Of a stretch of DNA of 64,000 bases, positions 38,870-47,535 are shown one piece after another. Positions within the stretch are counted from its first letter, which is position 1. Every line of letters begins with the position of its first letter. Source of the stretch: Eubacteriales bacterium OttesenSCG-928-K08 (GTDB lineage Bacteria > Bacillota > Clostridia > Christensenellales > CAG-138); NCBI GenBank assembly GCA_030266105.1, contig JAJDHH010000001.1:29402-93401 (forward strand). The letters run 5' to 3'. The translations under genes were made by a program, and so were the position numbers. The notes beneath the pieces are model-generated. The model did not search any database. It worked only from the letters and a program-made list of their open reading frames with translations, and was not told the DNA's origin.

Positions 38870-39505
38870 ATGACATTACAAGATCGGCTCCGAGCGCTGG
38901 GCGTGCTCATGCAAACGCAAATCCCGGCCGTTATTGCGGCGGGTAATCCGGATCAGATAATCAAAATAATGGCGCTTTTCCCGGAGTGGGGAGAGCGCCA
39001 TTTTGCTGCGGGGGATGTGGTGATATACAACTCCATCCCTTACAAGTGCGTGCAGGAGCATGATGCACAACCGGACTGGGCACCGGACAAAACGCCTGCG
39101 TTGTGGGCATCTTGGCACGCTCGCAGCGCCGAGACAGCATTGCCGTTTGTGCAGCCAACCGGCGCGCACGATCAGTATCTTGAGAGTGAGTATATGGTGC
39201 TGGGTGGCATTATATACCGCTGCATTAAGCCTACCGCCTACCCTCCCGCCGATCAGTCGGACGCATGGGAGGCGATCAACGCGCCGGCCGATGAGTTGGA
39301 GTATGGTGAGGATATGCCGGAGGCGGTCGAGCCGGGCGAGGACGAACCGGCAGAAATCCTCGAGTGGGAGCAGCGGCAGGGCGCGCACGATCAATATCAG
39401 CCCGGAGACAAGGTAACATTTGAGGGTGGTATATATGAGTGCGTGCAGGCAACAACATACAGCCCCGGGCAGTATCCGGCGGCATGGGAGGTAATCGATG
39501 GATAG
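38870..39505 (+). CDS. tail-fiber-associated protein with three ChtBD3/CBM5-12-like motifs
   Basis: GDVVIYNSIPYKCVQEHDAQPDWAP...LW, YMVLGGIIYRCIKPTAY...AWEAI and GDKVTFEGGIYECVQATTYSPGQYPAAWEVI. Confidence 0.6.
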   Translation: MTLQDRLRALGVLMQTQIPAVIAAGNPDQIIKIMALFPEWGERHFAAGDVVIYNSIPYKCVQEHDAQPDWAPDKTPALWASWHARSAETALPFVQPTGAHDQYLESEYMVLGGIIYRCIKPTAYPPADQSDAWEAINAPADELEYGEDMPEAVEPGEDEPAEILEWEQRQGAHDQYQPGDKVTFEGGIYECVQATTYSPGQYPAAWEVIDG

Positions 39506-40268
39506 CGTATTAAAATTTGCGCAATGGGCGTTAACGCACGCTAAAAAGGCGCCTTCGGGCGCAAGCTTAGCGCTGGATGCAAAAAAGTGCTGCACCGACC
39601 CTTGGGAGTACCTATACGGCACATCCGGTAAAAAGTGCACGCAATCGCTGCTGGATGCGCAATACGAAAAATATTACAAGGGCTGGGGATGGAGCCGATC
39701 GGAGTACAACAAAGCAACGGCTGGCTGGGCTGACCGCGGCGTTATGGTTGCGGACTGTCAAGGACTACTGGATGCGTATTGCACGCTGGAGCTTGACCAA
39801 AAAACGGACAAAAATGCACAAAGCTGCTATGCGGATTGGTGCACCGATAAGGGCAGGATCAAGGATATCTCAGGGCCGTATGTGATCGGCGAGGCATTAT
39901 TTGTGTACTCATCCAGCAAGGGCAAAATGACGCATGTGGGTTGGATTTGCGGCTGGGATAAGGACGGTGAGCCGCTGGCCGTAGAGGAGCGCGGCTTATC
40001 GTATGGATGCGTGATCACACGCGTAAAAAGTCGAGATTGGACGCACCGGGGGCTGATGACCAAACGCTTTGCCTACGATGCGGACGAGTCGGTTAGCGAC
40101 AAGGTTGTGCTCAAGATCACCTCACCCTTGATGCGCGGGAGCGAGATCGCCTCGCTGCAGGTTGCGCTTAATGGTATGGGCTACCCCTGCGGCAGGGCGG
40201 ACGGCATTTGCGGCAATGATACGCTGGATGGCATTAGATCCTTTTGTAAGGCGCACGAGGGGGTGTAG
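39498..40268 (+). CDS. endolysin (NlpC/P60-like peptidase plus PG_binding_1 domain)
   Basis: C-terminal SEIASLQVALNGMGYPCGRADGICGNDTLDGIRSF peptidoglycan-binding repeat. N-terminal Cys-peptidase-like region. Adjacent to the holin. Confidence 0.75.
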   Translation: MDSVLKFAQWALTHAKKAPSGASLALDAKKCCTDPWEYLYGTSGKKCTQSLLDAQYEKYYKGWGWSRSEYNKATAGWADRGVMVADCQGLLDAYCTLELDQKTDKNAQSCYADWCTDKGRIKDISGPYVIGEALFVYSSSKGKMTHVGWICGWDKDGEPLAVEERGLSYGCVITRVKSRDWTHRGLMTKRFAYDADESVSDKVVLKITSPLMRGSEIASLQVALNGMGYPCGRADGICGNDTLDGIRSFCKAHEGV

Positions 40269-40271
40269 CGG

Positions 40272-40589
40272 ATGGCGATTGGCGAAATTATCGCGGTTAT
40301 TGTGTCCATTAGCTCCGCTATGGTTATCTTTGCGCTCCAACGCCACCAAAACCGGCGCGACAAGGCGACCGATGAGCGTGCGGCTGCCAGGCAAAAAGAG
40401 TCTATGCTCATGCTCAGCATGATGATGGCTAACAACAAAATGTCATACGCAACTGCTATTGCCGTAAAAGGCGGCAAGATCAACGGCGAGATGGATGAGG
40501 CTATGGAAGAGCATCTAGCAACAAAAAAAGCGTATTACGCTTTTATTAACGACTACGCAATGACGCAGCTAAATGGTGCGCAAAAATAA
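40272..40589 (+). CDS. single-TM lysis-associated membrane protein
   Basis: 105 aa, N-terminal TM IIAVIVSISSAMVIFAL. Confidence 0.5.
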   Translation: MAIGEIIAVIVSISSAMVIFALQRHQNRRDKATDERAAARQKESMLMLSMMMANNKMSYATAIAVKGGKINGEMDEAMEEHLATKKAYYAFINDYAMTQLNGAQK

Positions 40590-40604
40590 GGAGGAAAATT
40601 AAAA

Positions 40605-40886
40605 ATGCAGGAATTTTTTACATGGACAATGCTCGCGACATACGCGGGCGCAACGTTGGCGACAACCTTGATTACGCAGCTATGCAAGGGCATAGGCTTT
40701 ATTGATAAGCTGCCCACACGCGTTTTTGCGTATATCGTGGCGCTGGTGGTGCTGCTGCTGGGCATGGCGTTCACGTCCGGGCTTACATTAAGTTCGGGCG
40801 TGCTGTGCGTTATCAATGCGGCAGTGGTGAGTATGGCCAGCAATGGCGTGTTTGATGCGGTGACGGCGGGAAAAAACACAAAATAA
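40605..40886 (+). CDS. holin
   Basis: 93 aa with three hydrophobic helices, next to the endolysin. Confidence 0.65.
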   Translation: MQEFFTWTMLATYAGATLATTLITQLCKGIGFIDKLPTRVFAYIVALVVLLLGMAFTSGLTLSSGVLCVINAAVVSMASNGVFDAVTAGKNTK

Positions 40887-40906
40887 TACGGATAGCACAT
40901 AAAAAA

Positions 40907-40966
40907 TCACCCCCAGCGGTAGACCTCCCGGTTAAATGGGCAGCGTCGAGGCTGGGGGATTTTTTA
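40907..40966 (+). terminator. terminator closing the lysis operon
   Basis: TCACCCCCAGC...GCTGGGGGAT followed by TTTTT. Confidence 0.65.
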
Positions 40967-40999
40967 TTGCAATTTAATAAAATATTTATCTATTTATTG

Positions 41000-41028
41000 T
41001 TGACATTATATCAACTCTATGCTATAAT
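41000..41028 (+). promoter_or_regulatory. consensus sigma-70/SigA promoter
   Basis: TTGACA (41000-41005), exactly 17 nt, TATAAT (41023-41028). Confidence 0.8.
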
Positions 41029-41057
41029 GAGTATATCAGATAAGGGAGGCGCACAAA

Positions 41058-41477
41058 ATGAAACTAACAGCACGGCAGCAAAAATGGTTTAACCTTGGTA
41101 TTGAGATGGCTAAAGAGTGCAGTAGCATTGATGAAGCTTTTTATTACATGGATAATGAACTTGCAAATGAAATGAATTATGGCACATACTCAAATGGTAA
41201 ATTTTTTGTAGCTGGATTTAAGGGTCATACACCTGAATGGCGTGAAGCATATCGTTACGGTGAAATCCCTGAAAGTGGACGCTCAATTAATTATGCAGAA
41301 AATAAATGGGAAAGCGGCGTATCGGTAATTAAGTTAGATATGGATGTACCAAGTATTTATGACGTAACTTTAGGATGGCAAGGTATTGAAAAGATAAAGG
41401 TCGCTGGTTGGTACTTTGGTGATAGCGGGAGCGATGGTGAAGCCCTGTTGGTGGATGCGGTAAAGGTTGAGGGATAA
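41058..41477 (+). CDS. hypothetical protein, no family recognised (cassette gene 1)
   Basis: 139 aa, RBS AAGGGAGG, more AT-rich than the flanking phage genes by eye. Confidence 0.7.
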   Translation: MKLTARQQKWFNLGIEMAKECSSIDEAFYYMDNELANEMNYGTYSNGKFFVAGFKGHTPEWREAYRYGEIPESGRSINYAENKWESGVSVIKLDMDVPSIYDVTLGWQGIEKIKVAGWYFGDSGSDGEALLVDAVKVEG

Positions 41478-41527
41478 TTAAATAAGCCGAGCGGGGCGGC
41501 AAAACCCCGCAGGAATGGAGGAAAAGC

Positions 41528-41977
41528 GTGAAAAAAGTACTAAGTGGATCAGTATATGATACCGAAAGAGCAAGGATGATTGGCGAATGGGAAAACGGAC
41601 TATTGCCAAATGATTTTGACTATGTACGCGAGGCGCTGCACTGCTCTAAATCCGGCAAGTACTTTTTGCACGGGGAGGGCGGTGCAAATTCGCGCTACGG
41701 AGAGTGGAATGGTAATAGCGGAAGCTATAGCGAAAGGATCATCCCCATGAGTGCATCTGAGGCTCAAATTTGGGCAGAAAAGAATCTTGACGGTGATACT
41801 GTTCAGAGGGAATTTAAAATACCAGATGATGGGGACGACGGGGAGCTAGAGGCAATATACTTGCGGATCACACGCGAGGCAAGAATTTTGCTTGATAAAG
41901 AGAGGGCCGAAACAGGTATGAGCATATCAGCATTGGCAGATAAGGCCATAAAAAAGGCTCTTGGCAAAGAAGAGTAA
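41528..41977 (+). CDS. two-domain protein: unknown N-terminal domain plus C-terminal ribbon-helix-helix-like DNA-binding segment (cassette gene 2)
   Basis: GTG start after GGAGGA. The C-terminus LRITREARILLDKERAETGMSISALADKAIKKAL fits a beta-strand, helix, helix CopG/Arc pattern. Confidence 0.65.
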   Translation: MKKVLSGSVYDTERARMIGEWENGLLPNDFDYVREALHCSKSGKYFLHGEGGANSRYGEWNGNSGSYSERIIPMSASEAQIWAEKNLDGDTVQREFKIPDDGDDGELEAIYLRITREARILLDKERAETGMSISALADKAIKKALGKEE

Positions 41978-41991
41978 TTGTAGGGGGATTT

Positions 41992-42966
41992 ATGGCGAAA
42001 AGCAACCGCAAACGACTTGAAGAAATGCAACCACCGGAAAGGTTTGTCGATCATGTACAAAAAGCCTTTCCGCGCGCATGGGAACAGGTCGAAAGGTTTA
42101 GGGCATACCCGCCCAAGCCGTGGCCGCACTGGTGCTACATACCCATTGCAGCTACTTACGCAATCGCTACTAACGGCGCAAATGTGAATGAGGCGAAGGA
42201 AATATTAGCTACCATTGGAGTGCAATGGCCAGCCATGATTGCCGCCGCTGCTGCCTGGCGAAAAACAAAAGGCGTATACCGTTTCGATAAAGACCTTGCG
42301 CGCGAACTCATGGAGCAGCCCATAAGCGGTGAAATCCCTGTGGAGGTATTCTTACATTTGCCCGAATGGTGTGTTTATATCGAATTGCCCGATGAAGATA
42401 AATACATCGGCTTGTTTGCACATTTAGAATATGATATTAAAACGCAAGGTCAAGAACTGCGCTTCGTTTTTTTGGATAAAAATGAAGCGCCAACCACAAT
42501 GGTGCTAATGCTGGAAAAAACCATCGAAAAATCATGGCAGGCGCTTCTGCGCTCGGCAAAAGAGCAATACCCTGATTTGCCTGACATAGGTGGTGAGTTG
42601 GACTGGCTCATCCCATACATCCAGTTGATTTTATATTTATGCTCCGCGAACGCCGACATGCCGCCCATCCCCAACCCGTTTAATCGCATAAAAACCGGGC
42701 ATAACATACTGCCAATGCTCCGCACATGGGATGTCGGAACCCGCATAGGGGCAGCCATACGCGCCTCCCGCGAAGCGCCAAGCGATCCAGCGCAAGGAAG
42801 TCTCAGCGGTGCGCGTCATGCTCCGCGCGCTCATTTACGCCGTGCGCACTGGCATCATTATTGGGTGGGATCAGGCCGAACAAAGCTTGAGTTGCGATGG
42901 ATTGCCCCCACGTTTGTAGGCGACACGGAAAATTTACCTACAACAATACGGCCAGTAAAAAAATAG
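41992..42966 (+). CDS. 324-aa protein resembling the AcrVA2-like family (assignment from memory, unverified) (cassette gene 3)
   Basis: Blocks HLPEWCVYIELPD, LIPYIQLILYLCSANADMPP and RAHLRRAHWHHYWVGSGRTKLELRWIAPTFVG. Confidence 0.7.
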   Translation: MAKSNRKRLEEMQPPERFVDHVQKAFPRAWEQVERFRAYPPKPWPHWCYIPIAATYAIATNGANVNEAKEILATIGVQWPAMIAAAAAWRKTKGVYRFDKDLARELMEQPISGEIPVEVFLHLPEWCVYIELPDEDKYIGLFAHLEYDIKTQGQELRFVFLDKNEAPTTMVLMLEKTIEKSWQALLRSAKEQYPDLPDIGGELDWLIPYIQLILYLCSANADMPPIPNPFNRIKTGHNILPMLRTWDVGTRIGAAIRASREAPSDPAQGSLSGARHAPRAHLRRAHWHHYWVGSGRTKLELRWIAPTFVGDTENLPTTIRPVKK

Positions 42967-43154
42967 ATTGTGTGATGCTTGATTGGGATAGGCCGAGCTT
43001 CGACTGGCAACTTTCCGGCAACCTTTTTAGTTAAATCGCATAAACGCTATAAACAAAAATCGCCTGATTTAGGGCGATTTTGTTTATACAATGCAAAAGC
43101 CCTCTGGCGGGGAGACCAAAGGGCGTATGTTTGAATTATTTTAAATAAATCAAA

Positions 43155-43175
43155 GTGTGTACTTAGGCGTGTACT
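43155..43175 (+). promoter_or_regulatory. two direct GTGTGTACT / GCGTGTACT repeats, candidate arm-type integrase sites
   Basis: Same motif, orientation and 12-bp spacing as 1504-1524. Confidence 0.4.
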
Positions 43176-43183
43176 GGAAAAGC

Positions 43184-43223
43184 AAAACCCGCCTGAAACA
43201 TAAGCGTTTAGGCGGGTTTTTGC
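43184..43223. terminator. bidirectional hairpin terminator at the prophage edge
   Basis: AACCCGCCT...AGGCGGGTT flanked by A-run and T-run. On the minus strand it lies just 3' of tRNA-Glu. Confidence 0.6.
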
Positions 43224-43251
43224 TGGTACCCTGTAGGGGAATCGAACCCCT
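43224..43251. repeat. attR core
   Basis: Identical to 1364-1391. Forms the 3' end of the intact tRNA-Glu. Confidence 0.85.
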
Positions 43252-43299
43252 GTTACTGCCGTGAGAGGGCAGCGTCCTAGGCCACTAGACGAACAGGGC
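43224..43299 (-). tRNA. tRNA-Glu (anticodon CUC)
   Basis: The reverse complement GCCCTGTTCGTCTAGTGGCCTAGGACGCTGCCCTCTCACGGCAGTAACAGGGGTTCGATTCCCCTACAGGGTACCA folds as a cloverleaf. Anticodon loop is CTCTCAC. CCA is encoded. Confidence 0.9.
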
Positions 43300-43427
43300 G
43301 CGTTATTTATAATAATTGGTTTTATGCAGGCTGTCAAGCATATATCCTGCTTTTCAAAAGTCTTATATCCTATCTTTCAAAATTCGCTTATGCAGGGCCA
43401 ACCTCATACATTTGAGCATAACTTTGG

Positions 43428-44069
43428 TCAACCGGCCAACTGTGGTTCAAATGTATTGGTGCGGCTGACAGCATAAGTAGTAAGATTATAATTATCATAA
43501 AAGTCATTATAAAAGTCATCAAACCCGCCGTATCCGTCAAATATTTCAAGCATTTCTTCTGCAACTGTGGTAACAATGCCCACAAATGCGAACAGAAGAA
43601 TAATTCCCAATACCAAGCAAATTCCACGCAGTATCAACATCGATATTGCAAGGTTCCGCTTATTGATGTTCTCCTTTTGGCAGGCCCAAATAATAGAAAA
43701 TATCAATCCGATCAATAGCGGCAAGAGCATCACAATGATGTAGCCGACATACTGCCCGACGCTTAATGTTTCGGAACTGTTATTTGAATTTGTGGAGACA
43801 TAAGTTTGCCCGTATTGTGGCGGGACATTCCCGCTTTGCGTTGAGTCGCCCGGCGACCTTGGTGCGCTTCCATATCCATACGAATAGGACGAATTGTTTT
43901 GTCCGTAATATGAGTTTGTTGGTTGGCCGGCATTATCACTACTTTGGTTGTTTGTATCATATTCCTTAGGAGGTTGCGCGGCCGAAAGCTCCCCCATCAG
44001 TGCGCCACACTCTACACAAAACAGTGCGGTTTCCACATTGCCATGCCCGCATTTTATACAATACCTCAT
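43428..44069 (-). CDS. zinc-ribbon membrane protein with Q/N/S/Y-rich linker
   Basis: MRYCIKCGHGN...CVECG zinc ribbon, low-complexity linker, C-terminal TM helices. Confidence 0.7.
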   Translation of the reverse strand: MRYCIKCGHGNVETALFCVECGALMGELSAAQPPKEYDTNNQSSDNAGQPTNSYYGQNNSSYSYGYGSAPRSPGDSTQSGNVPPQYGQTYVSTNSNNSSETLSVGQYVGYIIVMLLPLLIGLIFSIIWACQKENINKRNLAISMLILRGICLVLGIILLFAFVGIVTTVAEEMLEIFDGYGGFDDFYNDFYDNYNLTTYAVSRTNTFEPQLAG

Positions 44070-45367
44070 ATGTATTCCTTTCTAAACTCGCCTGTCTCCT
44101 TATTAACACGCCTTATGTCTGCCCCTAAAGCGGATAGCTTCTGCTCAATGTATTCATAACCCCTGTCAATAAACTCAATATTGTGTATGGTTGAGTGTCC
44201 TTTTGCGCTCAGCGCCGCAATCACAAGCGCCGCACCTGCACGAAGATCGGATGCGAACAGCGGTGCGCCTCCAAGCTGCGCCCTGCCTTCCACCATGGCG
44301 GTGCTTCCATTTAGCAATATGCTTGCGCCCATACGCTGCAGTTCGCTCACATGGTTAAAGCGATCCTCGAATATGTTTTCCATAACGATGCTTATGCCGT
44401 TTGCTTTAGCGAGATAGCTCATCATAGGTTGCTGCAAATCAGTCGGAAAACCGGGGTATGGCAGCGTTTTGATATTGATTGCCCTGGGCCGCTCGCAGCC
44501 TGTCACCTGCATAAAAAATTCACGGCCGTCATCCCCCTCCACAACAGTTGCGCCACTTTCCATAAGCTTGGCAGTGATAGCTTCCAAGTGGGTAGGGATT
44601 ACGTTTTTAATTACCACATTGCCCCCTGTTGCGGCAGCGGCAATCATAAAAGTGCCTGCCTCAATCTGGTCGGGTATGATAGCGTAATTGCACCCATGCA
44701 GCCGCGATACGCCTGTGATACGGATTACATCCGTACCCGCTCCCTTTACCTTTGCGCCCATCATGTTCAGGAAATTCGCAACATCAACCACGTGTGGCTC
44801 CTTAGCCGCATTTGAAAGTATGGTCTGCCCCTCAGCAAGCACAGCCGCAAGCATTACGTTGATGGTTGCCCCTACGCTAACGACATCAAAGTATATTTCC
44901 GCACCAGTAAGTTTTTTTGCCCGTGCTTTTATTAGCCCATCCTCCTGCACGACCTTTGCGCCCAGTGCGCACATGCCTTTAATGTGCTGATCAATGGGGC
45001 GCTGGCCAATCACACAGCCGCCGGGCAAAGAAAGCTCCGCATAACCATAACGCCCCAGCATGGCGCCGAGCAAGTAGTAGGAGGCGCGCAATGAGCTTAC
45101 CATGTCAAAAGTAATTGAAAATTGATCTATGCCGGAAGGGTCTATACGCATGCAGCCGCCCTTTGTGTAGCTGACATCCGCGCCAATGTTGATGAGAATT
45201 TCTTTTAGTATATTTACATCCTCAATGTTGGGCAAATTCTCCAATATGCAGCATTCGCCGCACAGTATTGTGGCCGGAACGATCGCAACCGCAGCATTTT
45301 TTGCGCCACTTACGGTAACTGTGCCTTCGAGAGGTTTGCCGCCCTGTATCTCAAACCATTGCTTCAT
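44066..45367 (-). CDS. murA: UDP-N-acetylglucosamine 1-carboxyvinyltransferase
   Basis: MKQWFEIQGGKPLEGTVTVSGAKNAAVAIVPA...GGCVIGQRPIDQH...FPTDLQ are MurA hallmarks. ATG at 45367 after GAAGGAGA; the ORF track start at 45478 is probably too long. Confidence 0.93.
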   Translation of the reverse strand: MKQWFEIQGGKPLEGTVTVSGAKNAAVAIVPATILCGECCILENLPNIEDVNILKEILINIGADVSYTKGGCMRIDPSGIDQFSITFDMVSSLRASYYLLGAMLGRYGYAELSLPGGCVIGQRPIDQHIKGMCALGAKVVQEDGLIKARAKKLTGAEIYFDVVSVGATINVMLAAVLAEGQTILSNAAKEPHVVDVANFLNMMGAKVKGAGTDVIRITGVSRLHGCNYAIIPDQIEAGTFMIAAAATGGNVVIKNVIPTHLEAITAKLMESGATVVEGDDGREFFMQVTGCERPRAINIKTLPYPGFPTDLQQPMMSYLAKANGISIVMENIFEDRFNHVSELQRMGASILLNGSTAMVEGRAQLGGAPLFASDLRAGAALVIAALSAKGHSTIHNIEFIDRGYEYIEQKLSALGADIRRVNKETGEFRKEYI

Positions 45368-45651
45368 GAAATGGATTGTCTCCTTCAAAGTTACGTTATT
45401 ATGGAGCGAGTCTCCTGTTTGGATTATACATGCAAAAACAAGCCGGGCGCATGCATCCCGGATGATTTCAGTATACATTATAAATCCTCATGACGCAAGA
45501 AAAGCAGGAGAACCGACATTTTTAGCCGTTAAGGGCGTAAAAACTTACAATTTTTTGTATGTTTAGCATTTTGTTTCCGAACAAGCTTATAACATCCGCC
45601 TTTTCAGTTTTTATCAATTTTTCGATCCTTTTTCAGCGCGGCAAAAAGCGT

Positions 45652-45680
45652 TTGACAAGCATAATGTGTAGTGATATAAT
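45652..45680 (+). promoter_or_regulatory. consensus promoter of the tRNA-Lys module, copy 1
   Basis: TTGACA, 17 nt, TATAAT. Confidence 0.75.
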
Positions 45681-45800
45681 CCTAACCTGTGGGGCTAAAA
45701 CGGCAAAAATCAGCGGTTCTGCTCTTAAGCATAAAAAACGTTAGACCTTTGAGAAAGCCTGGAATATGCGCAAGCATAGGTTGCCCACACCACAAAGCAT

Positions 45801-45877
45801 GCCTCCTTAGCTCAGTTGGCTAGAGCACCTGACTCTTAATCAGGGTGTCGGCGGTTCGAGCCCGCCATGGTGTACCA
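45801..45877 (+). tRNA. tRNA-Lys (anticodon CUU), copy 1, with poorly paired acceptor stem (possibly chimeric or defective)
   Basis: The 5' 49 nt are identical to copy 2. Anticodon loop CTCTTAA. The 3' strand ATGGTGT gives two C-U mismatches and two G-U pairs against GCCTCCT. Confidence 0.65.
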
Positions 45878-45893
45878 TTTACATTAGCACATG

Positions 45894-45933
45894 TGGACAA
45901 ACCTTCGATAAACAAAGGGTTTGTCCATTTTTT
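45894..45933 (+). terminator. rho-independent terminator
   Basis: TGGACAAACC...GGTTTGTCCA followed by TTTTTT. Confidence 0.75.
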
Positions 45934-46068
45934 ATTGTCCAAGCATTTTGCCATGTTTAACTCGAATTTAACATTTGAGACCCCCTGATTTTTTGGTGGT
46001 TTTGGCAGGATCAGCGGTTCACATTTTTGTCGTTCCATATGAATATATTTTTATATGGAGGCGATTTT

Positions 46069-47034
46069 ATGAGAACAAAAATTTTAATGCAAACGGTCGA
46101 ACTTCCAACGCTTAAAGAATCATATCTTAGATTTTTACAGAACAAAAGAATTGCGAATGTTTCGGCGGATACCATTAGGTATTATGATGGCGTATACAAA
46201 ATGTTTAGTGACTTTACGGGGGATAATTTCCCTTGCGATTCTATCGCAAAGGAAACCGTCTTTGAATTTATAGAGCATATGAAAAAGCAAAACCCCAATA
46301 TACGCGATACATCTATAAATTCATACCTTCGAGGCGTCCGATCATTCTTGTATTTTTGTATGGAGGAAGGGTTAACCCAAAGTTTTAAAATCAGCCTGAT
46401 AAAGGCGGAAAAACAGCTAAAAGAAACGTACACCCATGCAGAGCTGGAACGTCTGCTGAAAAAACCTGAAATAAAAAAGTGCGAGTTCTCAGAGTACAGG
46501 AATTGGGTAATAATATGCTATCTTTTAGGAACTGGAAACCGCGCGCGTACGCTATGCAACGTTAAGATTGGTGATATAGATTTCGATACCCATGAAATAA
46601 AGTTAAAAGCTGTAAAGAACAGTAAGCAATACATAATCCCATTGTCTAAAACCCTGGAAAAGACCCTTGTAGAGTATTTGGGATATAGGCAGGGGACGGC
46701 AGATGATTATCTCTTCTGTAATATATACGGGCAACAATTAGGGCAAGAAGCCCTCAAAACCGCTATTAGGAGATATAATAATGCACGTGGGGTATCTAAA
46801 ACAAGTATTCATCTCTTTCGCCATACCTTCGCGAAAAATTGGATTTTAAACAACGGAGATATATTCAGACTTCAAAAGATACTTGGGCATTCAAGCATTG
46901 AAATCGTGAAAGAATACGTCAATATGTTTGGCAATGATTTACAGATGAATTTTGCCGAGTTTAACCCCCTTGATAATATGGAGATAATGAAGCGCAATAA
47001 CGGGGCAATAAAAATGCGTGGTGAGGGTAATTAA
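46069..47034 (+). CDS. tyrosine recombinase/integrase (XerC/D-like)
   Basis: ARTLCNVKIGD (R), HLFRHTFA (HxxR), LGHSSIEIVKEYV (H...Y). ATG at 46069 after GGAGG. Confidence 0.9.
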   Translation: MRTKILMQTVELPTLKESYLRFLQNKRIANVSADTIRYYDGVYKMFSDFTGDNFPCDSIAKETVFEFIEHMKKQNPNIRDTSINSYLRGVRSFLYFCMEEGLTQSFKISLIKAEKQLKETYTHAELERLLKKPEIKKCEFSEYRNWVIICYLLGTGNRARTLCNVKIGDIDFDTHEIKLKAVKNSKQYIIPLSKTLEKTLVEYLGYRQGTADDYLFCNIYGQQLGQEALKTAIRRYNNARGVSKTSIHLFRHTFAKNWILNNGDIFRLQKILGHSSIEIVKEYVNMFGNDLQMNFAEFNPLDNMEIMKRNNGAIKMRGEGN

Positions 47035-47078
47035 CGTTAATGCTAACAGACAAAAAACTACACAGACGGGCATTCATT

Positions 47079-47342
47079 TTATGAAGGCTCGTTTTTCTTT
47101 TTTATCACTTCTAATATTGCTGGAATCTTAACGAGTTCATTCAAAAAATGTTCAAACTCATCGGGCGGCATATCCTTGCAGTTTAGGTATTGTTCGGCGA
47201 GTGCGCCGTTTTGGATCAGGCGGCGGGTTCGTTCTTTGCGGGCGCGTTCTTTGTCGCGGGCGATAATTGCTTGCTGCTGAGCTTTCATTTGGGTGATTTT
47301 TTCGTTTAGCTTTTCGAGGCGTTGTTTCTCTTTTTCAGTCAT
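47079..47342 (-). CDS. DUF3847-like coiled-coil protein (relaxase-associated in Firmicutes elements)
   Basis: MTEKEKQRLEKLNEKITQMKAQQQAIIARDKERARKERTRRLI. ATG at 47342 after AAGGAG. Confidence 0.65.
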   Translation of the reverse strand: MTEKEKQRLEKLNEKITQMKAQQQAIIARDKERARKERTRRLIQNGALAEQYLNCKDMPPDEFEHFLNELVKIPAILEVIKKKNEPS

Positions 47343-47535
47343 TTCACTTACTCCTTTTTCGCATGGCACGTTCTGGAATCGGCACACCTACAGACAATAT
47401 ATGCATATTGCCTGTAGATTGCGCCTCCCGAACGTGCGATTTTGTGCGCGCATTTTATTGGATGCAAAAAATATTGGCTTCCAGATGCAACAAAATTTTA
47501 AGCGAACTTGGGTGTAGGCGGCGCGCAAAAATCCC

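Larger units (their letters stand above)
1364..43251. mobile_element. integrated temperate siphovirus-like prophage (about 41.9 kb) in the 3' end of tRNA-Glu
   Basis: A 28-bp direct repeat sits at both ends. The integrase lies next to attL. A complete lysogeny, replication, packaging, head, tail and lysis gene order lies between the repeats. Confidence 0.9.

Noticed and set aside
37075-39505. Diversity-generating retroelement acting on the tail fiber
   Set aside because: No reverse transcriptase gene is present, and I could find no template/variable repeat pair near the fiber C-termini.
38876-39640. 254-aa ORF antisense to the tail-fiber and endolysin genes, with similar antisense ORFs at 15539..16138, 25728..26174, 26275..26733, 34853..35299 and 32272..32757
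   Set aside because: They are fully embedded antisense to well-supported phage genes in GC-rich DNA. They lack ribosome-binding sites, and their composition (Arg/Ala/Ser/Pro-rich) is typical of antisense artefacts.
45559-45744. ORFs 45559..45744 and 58692..58889, which share the peptide KRLTSIMCSDIIL
   Set aside because: The shared peptide is just the translated consensus promoter and leader of the duplicated tRNA-Lys module. There are no ribosome-binding sites, and the two ORFs diverge where the DNA diverges.
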